A DNA stretch of 63,191 nucleotides, counting the filler, from Reclinomonas americana ATCC 50394 (lineage: Eukaryota): assembly GCA_048213135.1 (NCBI GenBank). It is 12 parts of 12 records of this genome, joined end to end, with 100 filler letters (N's around TTAATTAATTAA, not from the genome) between each part and the next. Parts side by side here need not be neighbours in the genome. Positions count along the whole stretch, not along the records: positions 1 to 4,325 come from AFZH01017377.1; positions 4,426 to 12,030 come from AFZH01017378.1; positions 12,131 to 19,956 come from AFZH01017379.1; 9 more parts are not named here. The stretch is one strand, 5' to 3'. The notes under the pieces were generated by a model. It was not told where the DNA came from. It searched no databases and saw only the letters and a list, made by a program, of their open reading frames with translations. Shown piece after piece: positions 1-12,700 of this stretch (within the stretch, counting starts at the first letter, position 1; every line of letters begins with the position of its first letter). The position numbers were made by a program, and so were the translations under genes.

Positions 1-1344
1 GCGTGCATCACTGGTGAAAAACACAAACCAAAGGCCACCACGCGAGAATGTCGAGGCCCGCACCTCGTAGCACGTGTACGGTGCCTGGAAGATCTCCACA
101 AACAGCAAGCCGACAAACAGCATGTGATTTCGCTCACTGACGCAGTTGCCGACAATGGGGCAGTGATCTGCACCGGAACCGATGTGAGAGATTGTGTCGC
201 TGGCGTGTGGCGTGCACGGCAACATCGCAACGGTCGTATCGTGGAACACAATGGCCGCACATGCGGCAGTGCTTGGCACGCATCGGTTTCGGCGCCTCGC
301 AGCGAGAACACGCACCATCCTCTGGATCCACGTCCAACTCGGCCAGCTCTGCGCTCCCTCGCAGTGTTGAGTGAGGGGAATAGAGCCACCACATGCGCGA
401 CACGCGCCCACCTTCGTTGTTGTATGGCCTTCGATTCAGCGAGCAGGAAATGTGAAAGTACATGGTCAGGCCGAACAGAACGAGCTGGATGAGAAGTGGC
501 CAGTAGTCGTTGTGCTTGGTGATGGCCTCGCGCAGCGGCGAGTACGACACCGTGAGCAGCACAATCAAACAGTACGAGTGCGACACCCAAAAGCCCAGTC
601 GTCCAAACAGGTCTGCCACCACACCAGCCACGTCAGTCACCGTCGGTGGAGAATGACAAGCAGATCACGCACCCATCTGTCTTCCAGCCTCGCGCATCCT
701 GCCACAAAGAGAGTGTGTGTGTCAGAGAAAAGGGAGTTGTGGGCGACTTGGCAAGGGTACACTCACATCTGCGACTCGCCGGCCCTCCGCGCCGTGCTGC
801 TGACACTCCAACTCGACGTGCTGTAGCTGGCACCGTTGCCAATGTAGCGCCCATGCTGCACACTGGCTGGCCACTCGCCATTGCCAACACCACCACCACC
901 AGTGCTATCACTGCGATGCACCACGCCCGCCGCTGCACTGTTGCTGGTGGCCGACACCACCGCATTGCTGCGTGGCATCGTCACATCGCTCTCCTCTCTC
1001 CTCATCAGTGGTACACGCGACCCTCTGCCTCGTCGATGCACATCCTCCTCATCACTGCCATCATCATCATCAGCGTGGAAATGTCCATCGACTGCGTCGC
1101 CGTATGGTGCCGTAGAGCTGCCGTTGAGAGAGTACAGTGGAATGCGCACAAACGGGTCATCGTCGTCGCCGTCAGTGTGGTGATGATGGTGATGATGGTG
1201 ATGGTGATGAGTGGTGACTGTGTGCGAGGATGGAGATTCTGCGGACAGCGGTGAAGGCGACAGAGGTGGTGGTGGTGGTGATGATGCCGTGGGAAGTGGT
1301 GATAGCTGCGGGTGCACGAAGGGCGGTGGTGGTGGAGACGCCAT
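1..1344 (-). CDS. DHHC-type palmitoyltransferase (spliced, 3' end outside window)
   Basis: CSRCEAPKPMRAKHCRMCGHCVPRYD joined across an intron to HHCPIVGNCVSERNH gives the DHHC Cys-rich domain; hydrophobic TM segments precede it; His/Asp-rich N-terminus from ATG 1344. Confidence 0.92.
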
Positions 1345-1554
1345 CTTCGCGGTTTGGCGAATGCAACAAAGAAGACTGACACGTGACACGCGTTTCATTT
1401 TCGAACTTCACGGTCTCTTTCTCTTTCTCTCTCACAAGCAGGAGTGTGTTCCTCCTTCTCTCTCTCTTTCTGACTAAATGCTATTCAAGTCTCTGTGCGC
1501 TGGCCTGCACAGCGCGGCTGGTGGATGGCAGCGATGACCGTCAAATCTCTATTT

Positions 1555-2579
1555 TCAGCGATCCACAGCCATCTCTCCGTCGGCATCCTCGCCTTCGCCG
1601 CCGCCAAAGAGCGAAAAGTCGTGAATCTGCAGCGTACGCAACGCAGTGAAAAACACCTGCTCTGCCTCGTTCATGTCGATGGCTGCAAGGGCATGAGCAC
1701 ATCAATGCATGCATGAAGACAACGACGTCGAGCGACACGCACCGCGAAGGCCCTCGGCGATATCACGATCAATGGCCTGGAAGGAGCTGGACTGCGGGTG
1801 GATATACGTCGGTGCATTGAGCGTCACCAGCAGATCGGTGTGATGCTGCACGACAGGAGGCCATTAGAAACGGGACACTCGGAAAAGGAACTGAGGCGCG
1901 CGCACGCAACAGCCGGCAGGCGGATGACGGCCAGAAAGATGCAGACTTTGTTCTTGGCTTCCTCGCGATACTTGCTCACGTGCTGCGAGCCGAGCAAGAT
2001 GAAGACGGGGAATTCACTGCATGCAATCCATCCATCAGCATATATACCGAACACAGAGACAAGTGTGTCAACACGCAACGCAAGATGCGGCGCCTGCTCA
2101 GCAGTGGCCGCCAAGCACGAGATCACTTGCGGCTCCGCATCGTCGTTGGCGTGCGCCAAGTCGCGGAAGTGATGCCTGCACGTGACTGGTGAGTATCTCG
2201 GATGCGATTTGGAGTGAGGCGGCAGAGCACACACGCAACTCGGCAAGTGCAGCAGCAGCTGGCACGTGTGCCTCCATCTCCAGCACCTCCACGATCAGGC
2301 TCTGATCAAGCGACACGTCGCCCCACACTTCCTGCAGAGAGGCTCTCAGCAAATGGACTCTCTCTCGTGTTCATGACATCCTGCAACACACAAACCTGCG
2401 CATCGGGAATCTGACGAAAGTCGCTACATTAGTGGTCACAGCAGTGCGTGAGTGTGTGAGAGGAGGGGCAAGAGAGAAGAGAGACAAAGAGAGAAAGAGA
2501 CTGCAGACCTGTAATCGAGGAATCGAGTGGGCAGAGTGGCGCTGAGCGCACCGCCAAAGAACTCACGACGCTCTTCCAT
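1555..2579 (-). CDS. MOG1: Ran guanine nucleotide release factor Mog1
   Basis: Spliced exons give MEERREFFGGALSATLPTRFLDYSDFRQIPDAQEVW...DQSLIVEVLE...HFRDLAHAND...IFLAVIRLP...TDLLVTLN...LQIHDFSLFG; FGGA, RQIPDxQE, DQSxIxE and DxSLFG are Mog1 motifs. Confidence 0.88.
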
Positions 2580-3933
2580 TGCTATATCAGGTGTTGCTTT
2601 GGTGTGAGGGGTGCGCGTTTGCAGAGAGAGAAGAGCGTGGACAGATGGCGCCGACGTCATCGCTGCAAATGTCCCCACACACATCCACTCTCCATCGTTG
2701 CGCGCGAGAACATGACGACGTGATGCGCCTGTGAGCAATCGTGGATCTTCTGCCACTCACATCTCCCCCTCTCTGTGACATGAGGTGAGTGATGCACGTT
2801 TGCATGTTTTTGTCATCGTGTGCAAACACTCTCCCTTGCACGTCTTGTTTCTCTTTTCTCATGCGTGCATACACGTGCAACTCACCTCGCACTTGCTCGT
2901 CTCTTCTCGTCGGTGTTGTTCTTGTTGCACACATGTGCACATGTCACTCTTCTCTTCTTCTGTCTTTTCTCTCAAAAGGGATCCCACCCCGTGCATCAAC
3001 GCACTCACCACTATTTCGGTGTGAGTGTGGCTTGTTACGACGGGGACAAGGGCAGGAGGGGGAGGGAGAGAAAAGAAAAAAGTGAGAAATGCATATAATA
3101 ATGCGTCTCTCGCTTCTTCTCTTTCTCTCTCTCTCTCTTCCTCCTTTGTCGATGGAGAAGGCTGGTCCTAGATTATGCACTTGGCGCTCTTTGCTCAGAC
3201 CTCGCGGACTTTACACCGTGCTGCACTGTGTCGGAATATGTGCCGTCCATTTTGTTTTCTTACAAAACAAACAAACTTACACAGACACTGGCTGAAGGAG
3301 ACCAACGGACGCCGCTGCAAGACGCGTACGCTGAAATAAGGGTGAGTCTTTTCCTCCTCCGCCCTTCTCTCTTTGCTTCCCTTTTGCTGCCCTCTCGCGG
3401 GTGATTTGCGATTGCTGGAGTCTTTTTATATTGCTCTTCCATGCAACTCCCGGCGTTGTTACACCCGAAGAATGATAATGATGTGTGAAGCCACACTACG
3501 CACGTACGTACGTAGTGTGGGTGAGCATTGCGGAGGTTTCCTGTTGCGGACGCGCTCTTCTCTTCACAGAGTGCGATCTACCGTGTTTCCTCCCGACACT
3601 CTGTATTCTCCAACTCACTTCTCCTTTTCTCCCTTCTCACCTCTTCTTGCATGCCTTCCTCATCTCTCTCCCTCCTCACCTCGCGCCTGCATCCTCCCCT
3701 TTGCTCCGATCGCAATGCTCATTGCATTGTTCTCGATATCAGCTCGCCTCGCGGTCGACGCTGCATGAAGCCACTCGAGATGAGATAAGAGGGCCTCTCC
3801 ACTGTGCTGGCAGAGTTCATCAATGAACCGCTCAGTCCGTCGTCATTAGCTCGTCGCGTCCTGTCCCGATTCACATCCAGTCATTGTCGCCCCCGCGCGC
3901 GCGAGGAACTGCCATTTTTGTTGTGTTGTCGTC

Positions 3934-6900
3934 ATGGGCAGTGCAGGCTCCAGCCAGAAACAGGACCCCCTGGTCATCGACAACGATGGTCCGTCTCTCG
4001 TCTCTCTCGTCTTCTCTCTTCTTCTGTGTGTATTCTCGTACACACAATCTCCGTTCATCATGTCCTCCCAACTGACATGGGTTTTTCGTCACACACGCAC
4101 ACACATTAATCTGTGCTTCCCTCTCCTCTCTCACACACCTCTCACACGCACACGTGTGTGCGATAACTCACCGACATTCTCGAACACGACGACAGAGGAT
4201 CTGTTCGCACGCCTCAGTCACATTGCCGAGTCGTCGTCGCCGGGCGGTGCCCACAGCAAGTCCGCCGCCACCTACCAGGCCCTCCTCGCCAAAACGTGCC
4301 ACATCCAAGCCGCCTACCTGACCGTNNNNNNNNNNNNNNNNNNNNNNNNNNNNNNNNNNNNNNNNNNNNTTAATTAATTAANNNNNNNNNNNNNNNNNNN
4401 NNNNNNNNNNNNNNNNNNNNNNNNNCAATGAGCCCTTGCCGGTGCTGTCCGACACCACGGTGCCAACTGGTGTGTTGGTCATCCTGTACTACACCCCCGG
4501 AACTCCCACTCCTCACTCTCCCCTTGCCATCATACTTGCAGCGTGGACCAGCGAGGATCACAAGACGGCCATGACTGCCGGCCTCGAGTGCATGCGCAAG
4601 GAGTGCGTGTGGCAGATCACAGCTGCGCATTTTGACAGGGCACAGGCCGCAGCCGCCGTGCATTTTGGGCCGGTGGATGAGCGGCGCGTGGAGGCCTTGA
4701 TTGCGCTGGGCGATGTGTTGCTGGTGGCGCGTCGAGTGCGGCCGGATCGTGCGCCGACGGCCTTGACACCGGTGGCGCGGGTCGTGGCCATGCGGCTCAT
4801 GCAGTACACCGATTGTGAGCCGGTCGACAAGGAACGTGTGACCTCGGATGTGTTGTGTGCCCTCGATCGCCTGGCCTACTTTTGGTTTGTGGCGGGCAAG
4901 TTTTTCTGGGCCGATGCGGCCACCGATTTTGTGTACCAGCGGATTCAGAGCATTGCCAGTCCGCTGCGGCGGTTGGATGTCATGGAGACACGCGCACTTG
5001 GTGAGAGAGAGAGAGAGAGAGCAGAGAGTAGAGGGAGGGGGGGGGGGGTGTGCTGTTCATGCCTCCTGCCGTGCTCACTCGATATTGCAGTGTTGTGCGC
5101 ATGCGGCAAGTTTTCCGACGGCTCCGCCATGCAACAGCTGGTGATGAGTGGCCGGCGAACAGAACTCGGCGCCGACCATTTTGCCACCATGCGGTCGGAG
5201 CAGTACTTGGCGCAGTTGCGTGGGTGTGCATGTGCCTCTTTGTGTGTGGCGCGGAAGCTCACGAGGCATGCAAGCAGGGCGTATCTGGAGGATGGACTCT
5301 ACGGCGAGGCTCTTCGTGTTATCGAGCGCAATGTGGAGCATCGTGTGGCTGTGTTTGGTCTCAACCGTCCGACCACACTGCGCGCGCGAGTGGTGCTCGC
5401 TGAGGCCATCTACGCCTTCAAATCCGACGTGCATCGCACCGAGGCGCTGTCACAGGAGACGCTCGAATTGCACTTGGACCTCGACCAGGAGCTGCAGGAT
5501 CCGCTGGCCTTGGCCGACATCAAGTTTGGCTTGGCACACGCGTTCCACGCCTCGCGCTGGTACGAGCGCACGGAAAAACTGCTGGCCGAGGTGATTGTGG
5601 AACGCGGGGCCATTCTCGGCGACGAGCATCCGATGGTGCTGCAGGCGCGCGTGCGACGCTGCATGATGCTCTCGTACACCGGGCTCATTGATGAAGGACT
5701 GGCCACACTGAACGAGGTGCGGCCGCTGCTCAAGGCAGCTGGTCCGCCCAGCACGCAACTGCTGGAGGTGAGCACGTGGTGCCTGGCACTGGTTTTTGAA
5801 GAGTTGTTGTGTTTCATCATTTCTTTGCTGTTGTCGACAGGCGGTCAACAACTTTGGCATTGCGCTGGCCAACGACAGGCGACGAGAGGCTGTTGACGCG
5901 CAACGAGAAGGCTACAAGTTGGCCAAGGCCGTACTGCGCAACTACCATCCACTGCTGCTCGCGATGCAGGTCAACTTGGCCAACTGCCTGCGCGAGAATG
6001 GCGAACTGGACGAGGCGATTGAGTTGTTGACGTGCGTGTGGTCGAAGCGAGAGAGAGAGAGAGAGGAGCGTTTGTCAATTCTCACTGACTGTGTGCATGA
6101 ATGGAACAGTTCGGCGGCCGCGGCATTCGCAAAGACCATTGGCAAAGATCACGACGACACACTGGCCACCAAGGAGATTTGTTGCGTGCATGCGGTGCTC
6201 TGTGCAGCCTTTTTTTGTTAGCTGACATGCTTCTCCTCTTTTATGGACTCGCCAGTGGGACTTGCACTGGTGGTGAGTTTATCTTTCATCGTGCTCGTCC
6301 ATTGCTGCTGGAGGATCCACTCATTTTTTTCGTACACGTTACACAGCAACAACGCGAACGCGAACAAGACGGCATCAGCATGCTGACTGCATGCCTCGCA
6401 TCACGCCGTACGGCCAGCGGCGAAGATCACCCTGTGCGTCACACATGTTCCCTTTTTCCGCATCAGCTGCGCTGAACGGTACTTTGTCGCAGATGGTACA
6501 AACGGCGACGGTGCGCCTCTGCGAGGCATACTACAGCGTGGACCGCCACCGCGAAGCACTGCCACTGCTGCAGTGGGTGCGCGAGAGGAAGCTGGCCACT
6601 CTGGGACCACGATCGCGCGAATACATTTTGCTGCTGCCGTGGTTCGCCGAGGCGTACAGGCGCGACGAGGACTATCAGGGAATGGCCAACTTGCTGATCA
6701 GCCTGGTTCCTCTCGTCGAGGCCTTCGTGATGGACGAGTACACGGTGCGGTACCTGACGGAGCTACTGGATCGCTGCTGCGCCGGTAAGAACATCATCGC
6801 CTCGCCGCGGGAAAACACACTGGAAACGGACAACTCATTCTCCCCGCACACACAGTGCTGCCCGCCGAGTCCGTGGCCGCGATTGGCGAAGCACTGCAGA

Positions 6901-7118
6901 CGAACCGCGCTGTGCTGACGCGGGAAAAGAAGGTCGAGGAGATGCGCACGGAGGTGAAGATGGTGCGATCGGCGGTAGAGTTGCTGGAGACCGCACCGGC
7001 CGGCACAATCCCGCTAATGTGCCGGCAGGTGGCCGAAGTGGTGGCCGAGCACGCCAATTGGGTCGTACTCAGGAAATTGGAGGAGCGGGTGGGCGCCCTG
7101 GTAGAGCGATGGCCATGA
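3934..7118 (+). CDS. TPR-repeat protein (kinesin-light-chain/TPR_12-like repeats) with possible N-myristoylation site
   Basis: Starts MGSAGSS; repeated helical units ending LGADHFAT, FGLNRPTT, LGDEHPMV, LRNYHPLL, IGKDHDDT, SGEDHP, LGPRSRE; spans the linker at 4326-4425. Confidence 0.75.
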
Positions 7119-7207
7119 GAAGAGAGAGAGAGAGAGCGAGGCAATGATGAAAATATGTGAAATATCACGCGCAATTTGGTGACCAAAAAAACACTTACTC
7201 GGCGCGA

Positions 7208-8547
7208 ATGGAGAACAAGTGTTGCGTTTCGCCCACCACGACAACATCGCTTTCACACACACACACACACACGCACATGCGCGTCTCTCGTCTCCAGTCT
7301 CTCTCTCTGCCTGTGCGCGTGTGCGCGTGTGTGTGTGTGAACAAGTGGGACATTGTCACAGTGACTGGACTCCACGCGCACACGTCTGTCTCTCTGTCTG
7401 CTTCTGTGTGTGCCTCTCTGCGCGTGTGTGTGTGTGTCGCGCGACAGACAGAGAGATGATCAGTGCGAGGAATTTGATGAGAGAGATTGTTGTCTGCGCG
7501 ACCTCGATGTGTGGCACACTTGTCACTGACAACATACATCGAAAACACATGTTTGTCGGCGCGCACACAGTGGCCGGAAACGCCTCGTCATCATCCTCCC
7601 CCTCCTCCTCCTCGTCGGTGGCGGCGGCGGCTCCAGCGCCCATTGCAGTGAGCGGAGTCACGCGACTGCTCTCCTGGGAGGATCCCATCACGTCGGCCTT
7701 CTCGCTCGCCTTTGGCACCCTTGTGTACATTCTGTTGACATTTGGTGGCTTCTCGGCGCTGTCGCTGGTGCTGGCGTTCGTGTCGGTGCGCGTGGCCGTC
7801 ACCATTTGCCTCAAGCTCGTCTATCATCTCGTCGGGCAGAGCGCGCAGCGTGTGGCACAAGACGACCAGTTGCGCATTTATGTAGATCGACGACGATCGT
7901 GTGTTGCCTTTTGCTGACTCGAGAGAGTGGTAGAGCGAATACGTTTGCGGCTGATGTGGCGGGCGCGGTGGAGCGACTGGTGCGTGTGGGCGCGGAGAAG
8001 TACCGCCAGGTGACGTCGACCGGCACGAACTGGTCGCAGCTGCTGCAGGTACGTACACCTGTGTGTGCATGAGGGTGTGTTTGAGGAATCGGAATCTCAC
8101 GCACAGCGTTCCTCTGTCTTCGTTGCGGTGTGGCAGGTTCTCGGTGGCTGTGCGCTGCTGAGCCACTTTACCAGCTGCATCAGCACCGTGACGCTGGTCT
8201 TCATCTGTTGCGTGTTTTTTTTTTATTTCTCTTGCTGCGGAGGGAAGCGACGTATTCATCGCACCACCACACCCGCGCACACAGTGTTCGTCATCAGCTT
8301 TGTGTACCCGCTGGTGAGGCGCATTTTCCCAGTGCAGACGCAGCGTCTGTGGACCACGGTCGGCGGTCTCTACGCCCTCGCTCAGGCTCACGTTGTGAAC
8401 GTCGTCTCCAAGGTGATCAGCCGCCGTCTCCTTGTTTTTCCCTCTGTCGTATAGCCGACGCTGACCTCCTCACTCCCTCTCCTCCTCCACCAGGTGCCGT
8501 ACTTGCGTGACCTGGTCGTGCAGGGTGGCCGCGTCCACCAGGAATAG
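7208..8547 (+). CDS. Reticulon-domain ER membrane protein
   Basis: LLSWEDPITSAFSLAFG followed by two long hydrophobic hairpins (…FSALSLVLAF…, …STVTLVFILFVISFVYP…) and a C-terminal KVP-type motif; long microsatellite-rich first intron. Confidence 0.78.
7253..7457. repeat. Intronic CA/GT/CT/GA microsatellite cluster (example of a window-wide feature)
   Basis: (CA)n, (CT)n and (GT)n runs in reticulon intron 1; similar runs occur in many introns and next to several contig breaks. Confidence 0.85.
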
Positions 8548-8739
8548 AGTTCGTCGTTGCGCACGGCTTCCGGGCTGTTGTGTGTGCCTGTGATGAGGAG
8601 TCGAGACGAGTTCTTGGTGCCTTAACAACGAGCCACGCAAGTGTGTGTGAATGTAAAGAGAGAGATCACAAAAACACGGAGTCCTACGTCCCATTAAGTG
8701 GCTACCAATCACATCAAGGCAACGAAGAGCTGCGCCAAC

Positions 8740-9636
8740 ATGTCAAAGGTCACTGTGTTTGAGGACCCCGACGCGCGGTTCATTGCACAGAAGCGAGTTG
8801 CGTGTCCACCTGTTCACCTCGTCACACGCACGCACACTCACACCCCTTATTTAGGATGCCCGTCTCACACGCAAGCGTGGACGCGATGAGGCCAGCGAAG
8901 AGAAGCACGACAGAATCCGAGAGAAGCACATGGCCGACAAGAAGCGCAAGCTGACACAGCAACTGGGTCTCCAAACAGACGACATTCTTGATTTGCGCAT
9001 GCAGCTGGAGGAGGATCATCGCACCAAAAAGGACATGGAGGATGAGCTGTTGAGGCACCTGGGTGCTCAGGTTAGGAGCTCATGTGCGTGTGTTTCTCTC
9101 CACCCCTTCTCTCACGTCCCCCGCTCCGCAGCCAAAGAAGAAGCTGAAGATGCCGACCTACATTCGTCTCGGCATGGTGGATAAGCAGCGCAAGCGAGAG
9201 CGGAAGCGCTTGGAGGAGGTGCGTGTGTGTGTGTGGTCGAGAGGCTTGTGTGTTTTGCGTGTATCCCCTCTTTGACCGCTGCGACGTGCAGCTCCGCGAG
9301 GCTGGCATGCTGGCACCGGGTCAACGAGTGGGTGGCAGTCGCGCCACAAAGCCAACGATAATTGAGAAGGACTCGGCTGGCGAGAGATTCGCCCCGAAGC
9401 CGTCAAAGAGTGCGTACACAACGCTGTGCGATCGTTTCTCCTCCTGTCGTTCTCGTGCTCACACTGCGTGCGTGGCAGACGTGATTGGCCGGGTTCGTGG
9501 ATCGCACATGACGCTGAGCAGAGACGACTTGCATCGCTTGTCGAAGCCCGCCGCGTCCTCGCACCGCTCACCCCCGTCGAAGCCGAAGAAGAAGTCGGGC
9601 GACGGCAAGCAGACCAAGCGACGCATTCGTATGTGA
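8740..9636 (+). CDS. Basic protein resembling Faf1/C1orf131 (DUF4602) SSU-processome factor
   Basis: Spliced LGAQPKKKLKMPTYIRLGMVDKQRKRERKRLEELREAGML resembles the Faf1 LGA-KMP-GM-KQ-RE pattern; Lys-rich C-terminus. Confidence 0.55.
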
Positions 9637-9727
9637 TGATGGAGATCATAGAGGAAGTAAAGAAGGAAAGAGCCATTTGTTTAACAGACAAGTTAAGCGC
9701 AAGAAAAGTTAAAAGAACATGTGGTTG

Positions 9728-12700
9728 TTAGAAGCGGTCGGGTGGCGCCGACAAGGGGCGCCGTTCATCGGAGACCGGCACCGACGAGGGGATGTGCGAC
9801 CGACTGCTGGTCTTCGAGTACGTGTCGTGCGACAGCGTGGACGGCGTGAGGGTGCCTGACTGACGCGACGACGGCCGCCGCTTCAGCGACGACGAGGAAC
9901 CGACACTGGAGGTGCCCAGGCTGCGCGGGGACAGACTCGGCGTGATGGATGCCGGATCAAGGCGGGCGCTCAGCTGCCGGCTGCTGCTGCCCGTGGCCGC
10001 ACTCCTTGCCGTCGTAATGCGGCTGCTGGAGCGCGATGACCGCGACACTGAGGTGGTGTCGTCCTCGGGATGAATGGTGTGCATGATGCGACCGACCGAG
10101 TCGCCAGACAGGTGCTTCGTAATGTTCTCCACGCCGACCGAGCTCTCCTCCCAGATCTCGCGCACGAGCAGTTCCGAGGGCGTGACCGAGTTGTCGGAAA
10201 GGTATGCGTCCGCCTGACCAATGTCGGCCAACGGTCCGCGTGCAGCGCGTCGCAGAGCACGCTCGCTCCGCCCCTGCGACTGCAACTGTTGCTGAGAGCG
10301 AGGGGCAGCGGGCTTGCCTACTGTCGTGCCATCGGCTCCGGCGGCCAGCGAACGCCTGCTGGTCGAGTGTCGCCTGTCCGACTCGAGAGCGCCCTCCGTG
10401 ATGGCCCGAAGCGGCGAGTGCATTGACGGCGTGCCGGTAGCCACACTGGCGGGCATCGAGGCCGCATGTGATGCACCCGACGCCGACGATGGCCGACCAG
10501 CATCCTGCAAACAACGAGCAAACCGGCGCGTGAGTTCTTCTCTTCGCTCTCTCTCTCTCTCTCTCGATAGTGAAAACAATCGCACGCAACTTCATGTCGG
10601 TGGAACTGATGGTGATGGTGCTGATGACCGCGGTGGCTCTCCGGAAATGCCTGCCGACTGCCTCCCACACTGCCCAGCTCATGCAGCCGATCGTTCGAGA
10701 AGGAGCGGTGCAAGTCGAGATCGGCGATGGTCAGTCGTGTCGCCGCCGAGCTCTGTGACGCAACCTCGGTGGCTCGAGGCGAGACGCCCGAGTCGCGAGG
10801 AGAGGCCGAGTCAGGAGTGGTGCTGTTGTGTCGTGAGAATGCCGCAGACATGGGGGCGACGCCGTCGGCAAGTGCAGCCGCCGTCACCGACATGGTCGGC
10901 GTCGAGCGTGCGCTGGTGGCTTGCGATGTCGAGTCGCTGTGCTCGGTGGTGATGGTCGGTAGCGAGGCGACCGCGGTACTCATCGATGCCACAGTGCCGC
11001 GTCGAGTGCTCCTCCAACCGCTCGAGTAGTCCGACCCAAACATGCCAGCTAATGGCTCGTCGCCCACCGAGTGCTGCTGCCGGTGCCGAGAGACGAGGCG
11101 CGGTTGATCCGTCGAGAGCTTTCGAGGACTTCCGCGAAACGACTGCGGCTCCGGTGGCGGCTCGTCCTCCACATCGTGTGCAGAGGTGGTGGATGACCGG
11201 CGGTCGCGACTGTGGTCCGCCGCAGACGACGATGATTTCGCACTGCGCACCGACAACGACGAGTGTTCACGACGAGGTGACCGTGCCAACGACTCGTCCA
11301 CCTTTAGCGACGACGACGAGCGTTCACGTCGAGGCGATGGCGCGTCTTTCAGCGACGATGACGAGCGCTCGCGAGCAATGGACGACGACGACCGCTCCCT
11401 GCGCGGCGACACGTCCTTCACCGAGGCTGACGAGTGCTCTCGTCGAGGCGACCGCGGCGAAGACTCGGCGGCGGCGGGCTTCAGCGACGATGACGATCGC
11501 TCGCGGCGTGGCGACACTGACGACGATTCACGCTTGAGCGAGGCGGAAGAACGCTCTCGCCGTGGCGACACCGGTGGCGACGACGCTGAACGCTCACGAC
11601 GTGGTGACTCGTGCTGCAGCGAGCTGGAGGAACGCTCACGTCGTGGCGAGTGCGACGACTCGCCGCTCCGTACTGACAGTTGTGACTGGTCGCGATCGGC
11701 CGACCGCGATGACGACTCGCGCTGCAACGAGCTGGACGAGCGCTCGCGCCGAGGCGACTCGTGCTTCAGCGAAGACGAGGAACGCTCTCGGCGTGGTGAG
11801 CGCGACGAATCGCTCCGAATCGACGCTGATGAGTGCTCACGACGGGGCGAGGACGCCTCGCGCTTTGCGATCGACGCCGACGACGCGGTGCGGTCGGGCG
11901 CCGGTGCGAGTGAGCGAAGCGAAGACGACGATCGTTCACGGCCTGGCGACTTGACCGAGGCCGCCACGGACGCGGACGAGGCCTCACGACGCGGTGATCG
12001 TGGAACCACGGCAGGTGCCGCCGCCGCCACNNNNNNNNNNNNNNNNNNNNNNNNNNNNNNNNNNNNNNNNNNNNTTAATTAATTAANNNNNNNNNNNNNN
12101 NNNNNNNNNNNNNNNNNNNNNNNNNNNNNNCGTGTCGACACGGAGCGCGCCGAGTGCGTCTTGGACAGGCCCAACGACGAGGACGGCGACACGGAGCGGC
12201 TGCGAGTCAGCGCCGGAGCCGTGGCATGACGCGTCACCATCAGCGAGCTGCTCAAATCGTCCTTGCTCAGCGGCGCTGCTGTGGATCCCGATCCGAGAAT
12301 GGCCGACGAGCGAGATCGTCGCGCGCTGACCGACGACGACGACGACACATGCCGCTTTTCAGTGGCTGCCGAGGGACCGGCGCCGTGCTTGGGAGAGAAC
12401 GGGTGTTCCGAGTCAAGCATGGCCGTGCCAGTGCTGGCGCGCCGACTTCCAGTTGACTGTGGTGGAATAGAGCACGTGAACAACGGGTGCACAGTCCATA
12501 AAGGTGATGCGAGAGGTGGCAGAGAACATGATTACCTTGGAGAGGTGGTGCTTGAGGCGCTTGGTTTCCTCTTCCAGCTTGCGCGCCGTCTCAATACCCT
12601 CCTCGGCCACCTTGCTGTACGATTGCTCCATCAACAGTTGCAGTTGCTGAATCTCCTCGTCCTTCTCGGTCACATGGCTGAGCAGCTGCGACTTTTGCCG

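Noticed and set aside
11186..12082. Asp/Arg-rich repeat ORF on + strand
   Set aside because: Reverse complement of the Ser/Arg repeat exon; splice signals and neighbouring exons are on the minus strand.
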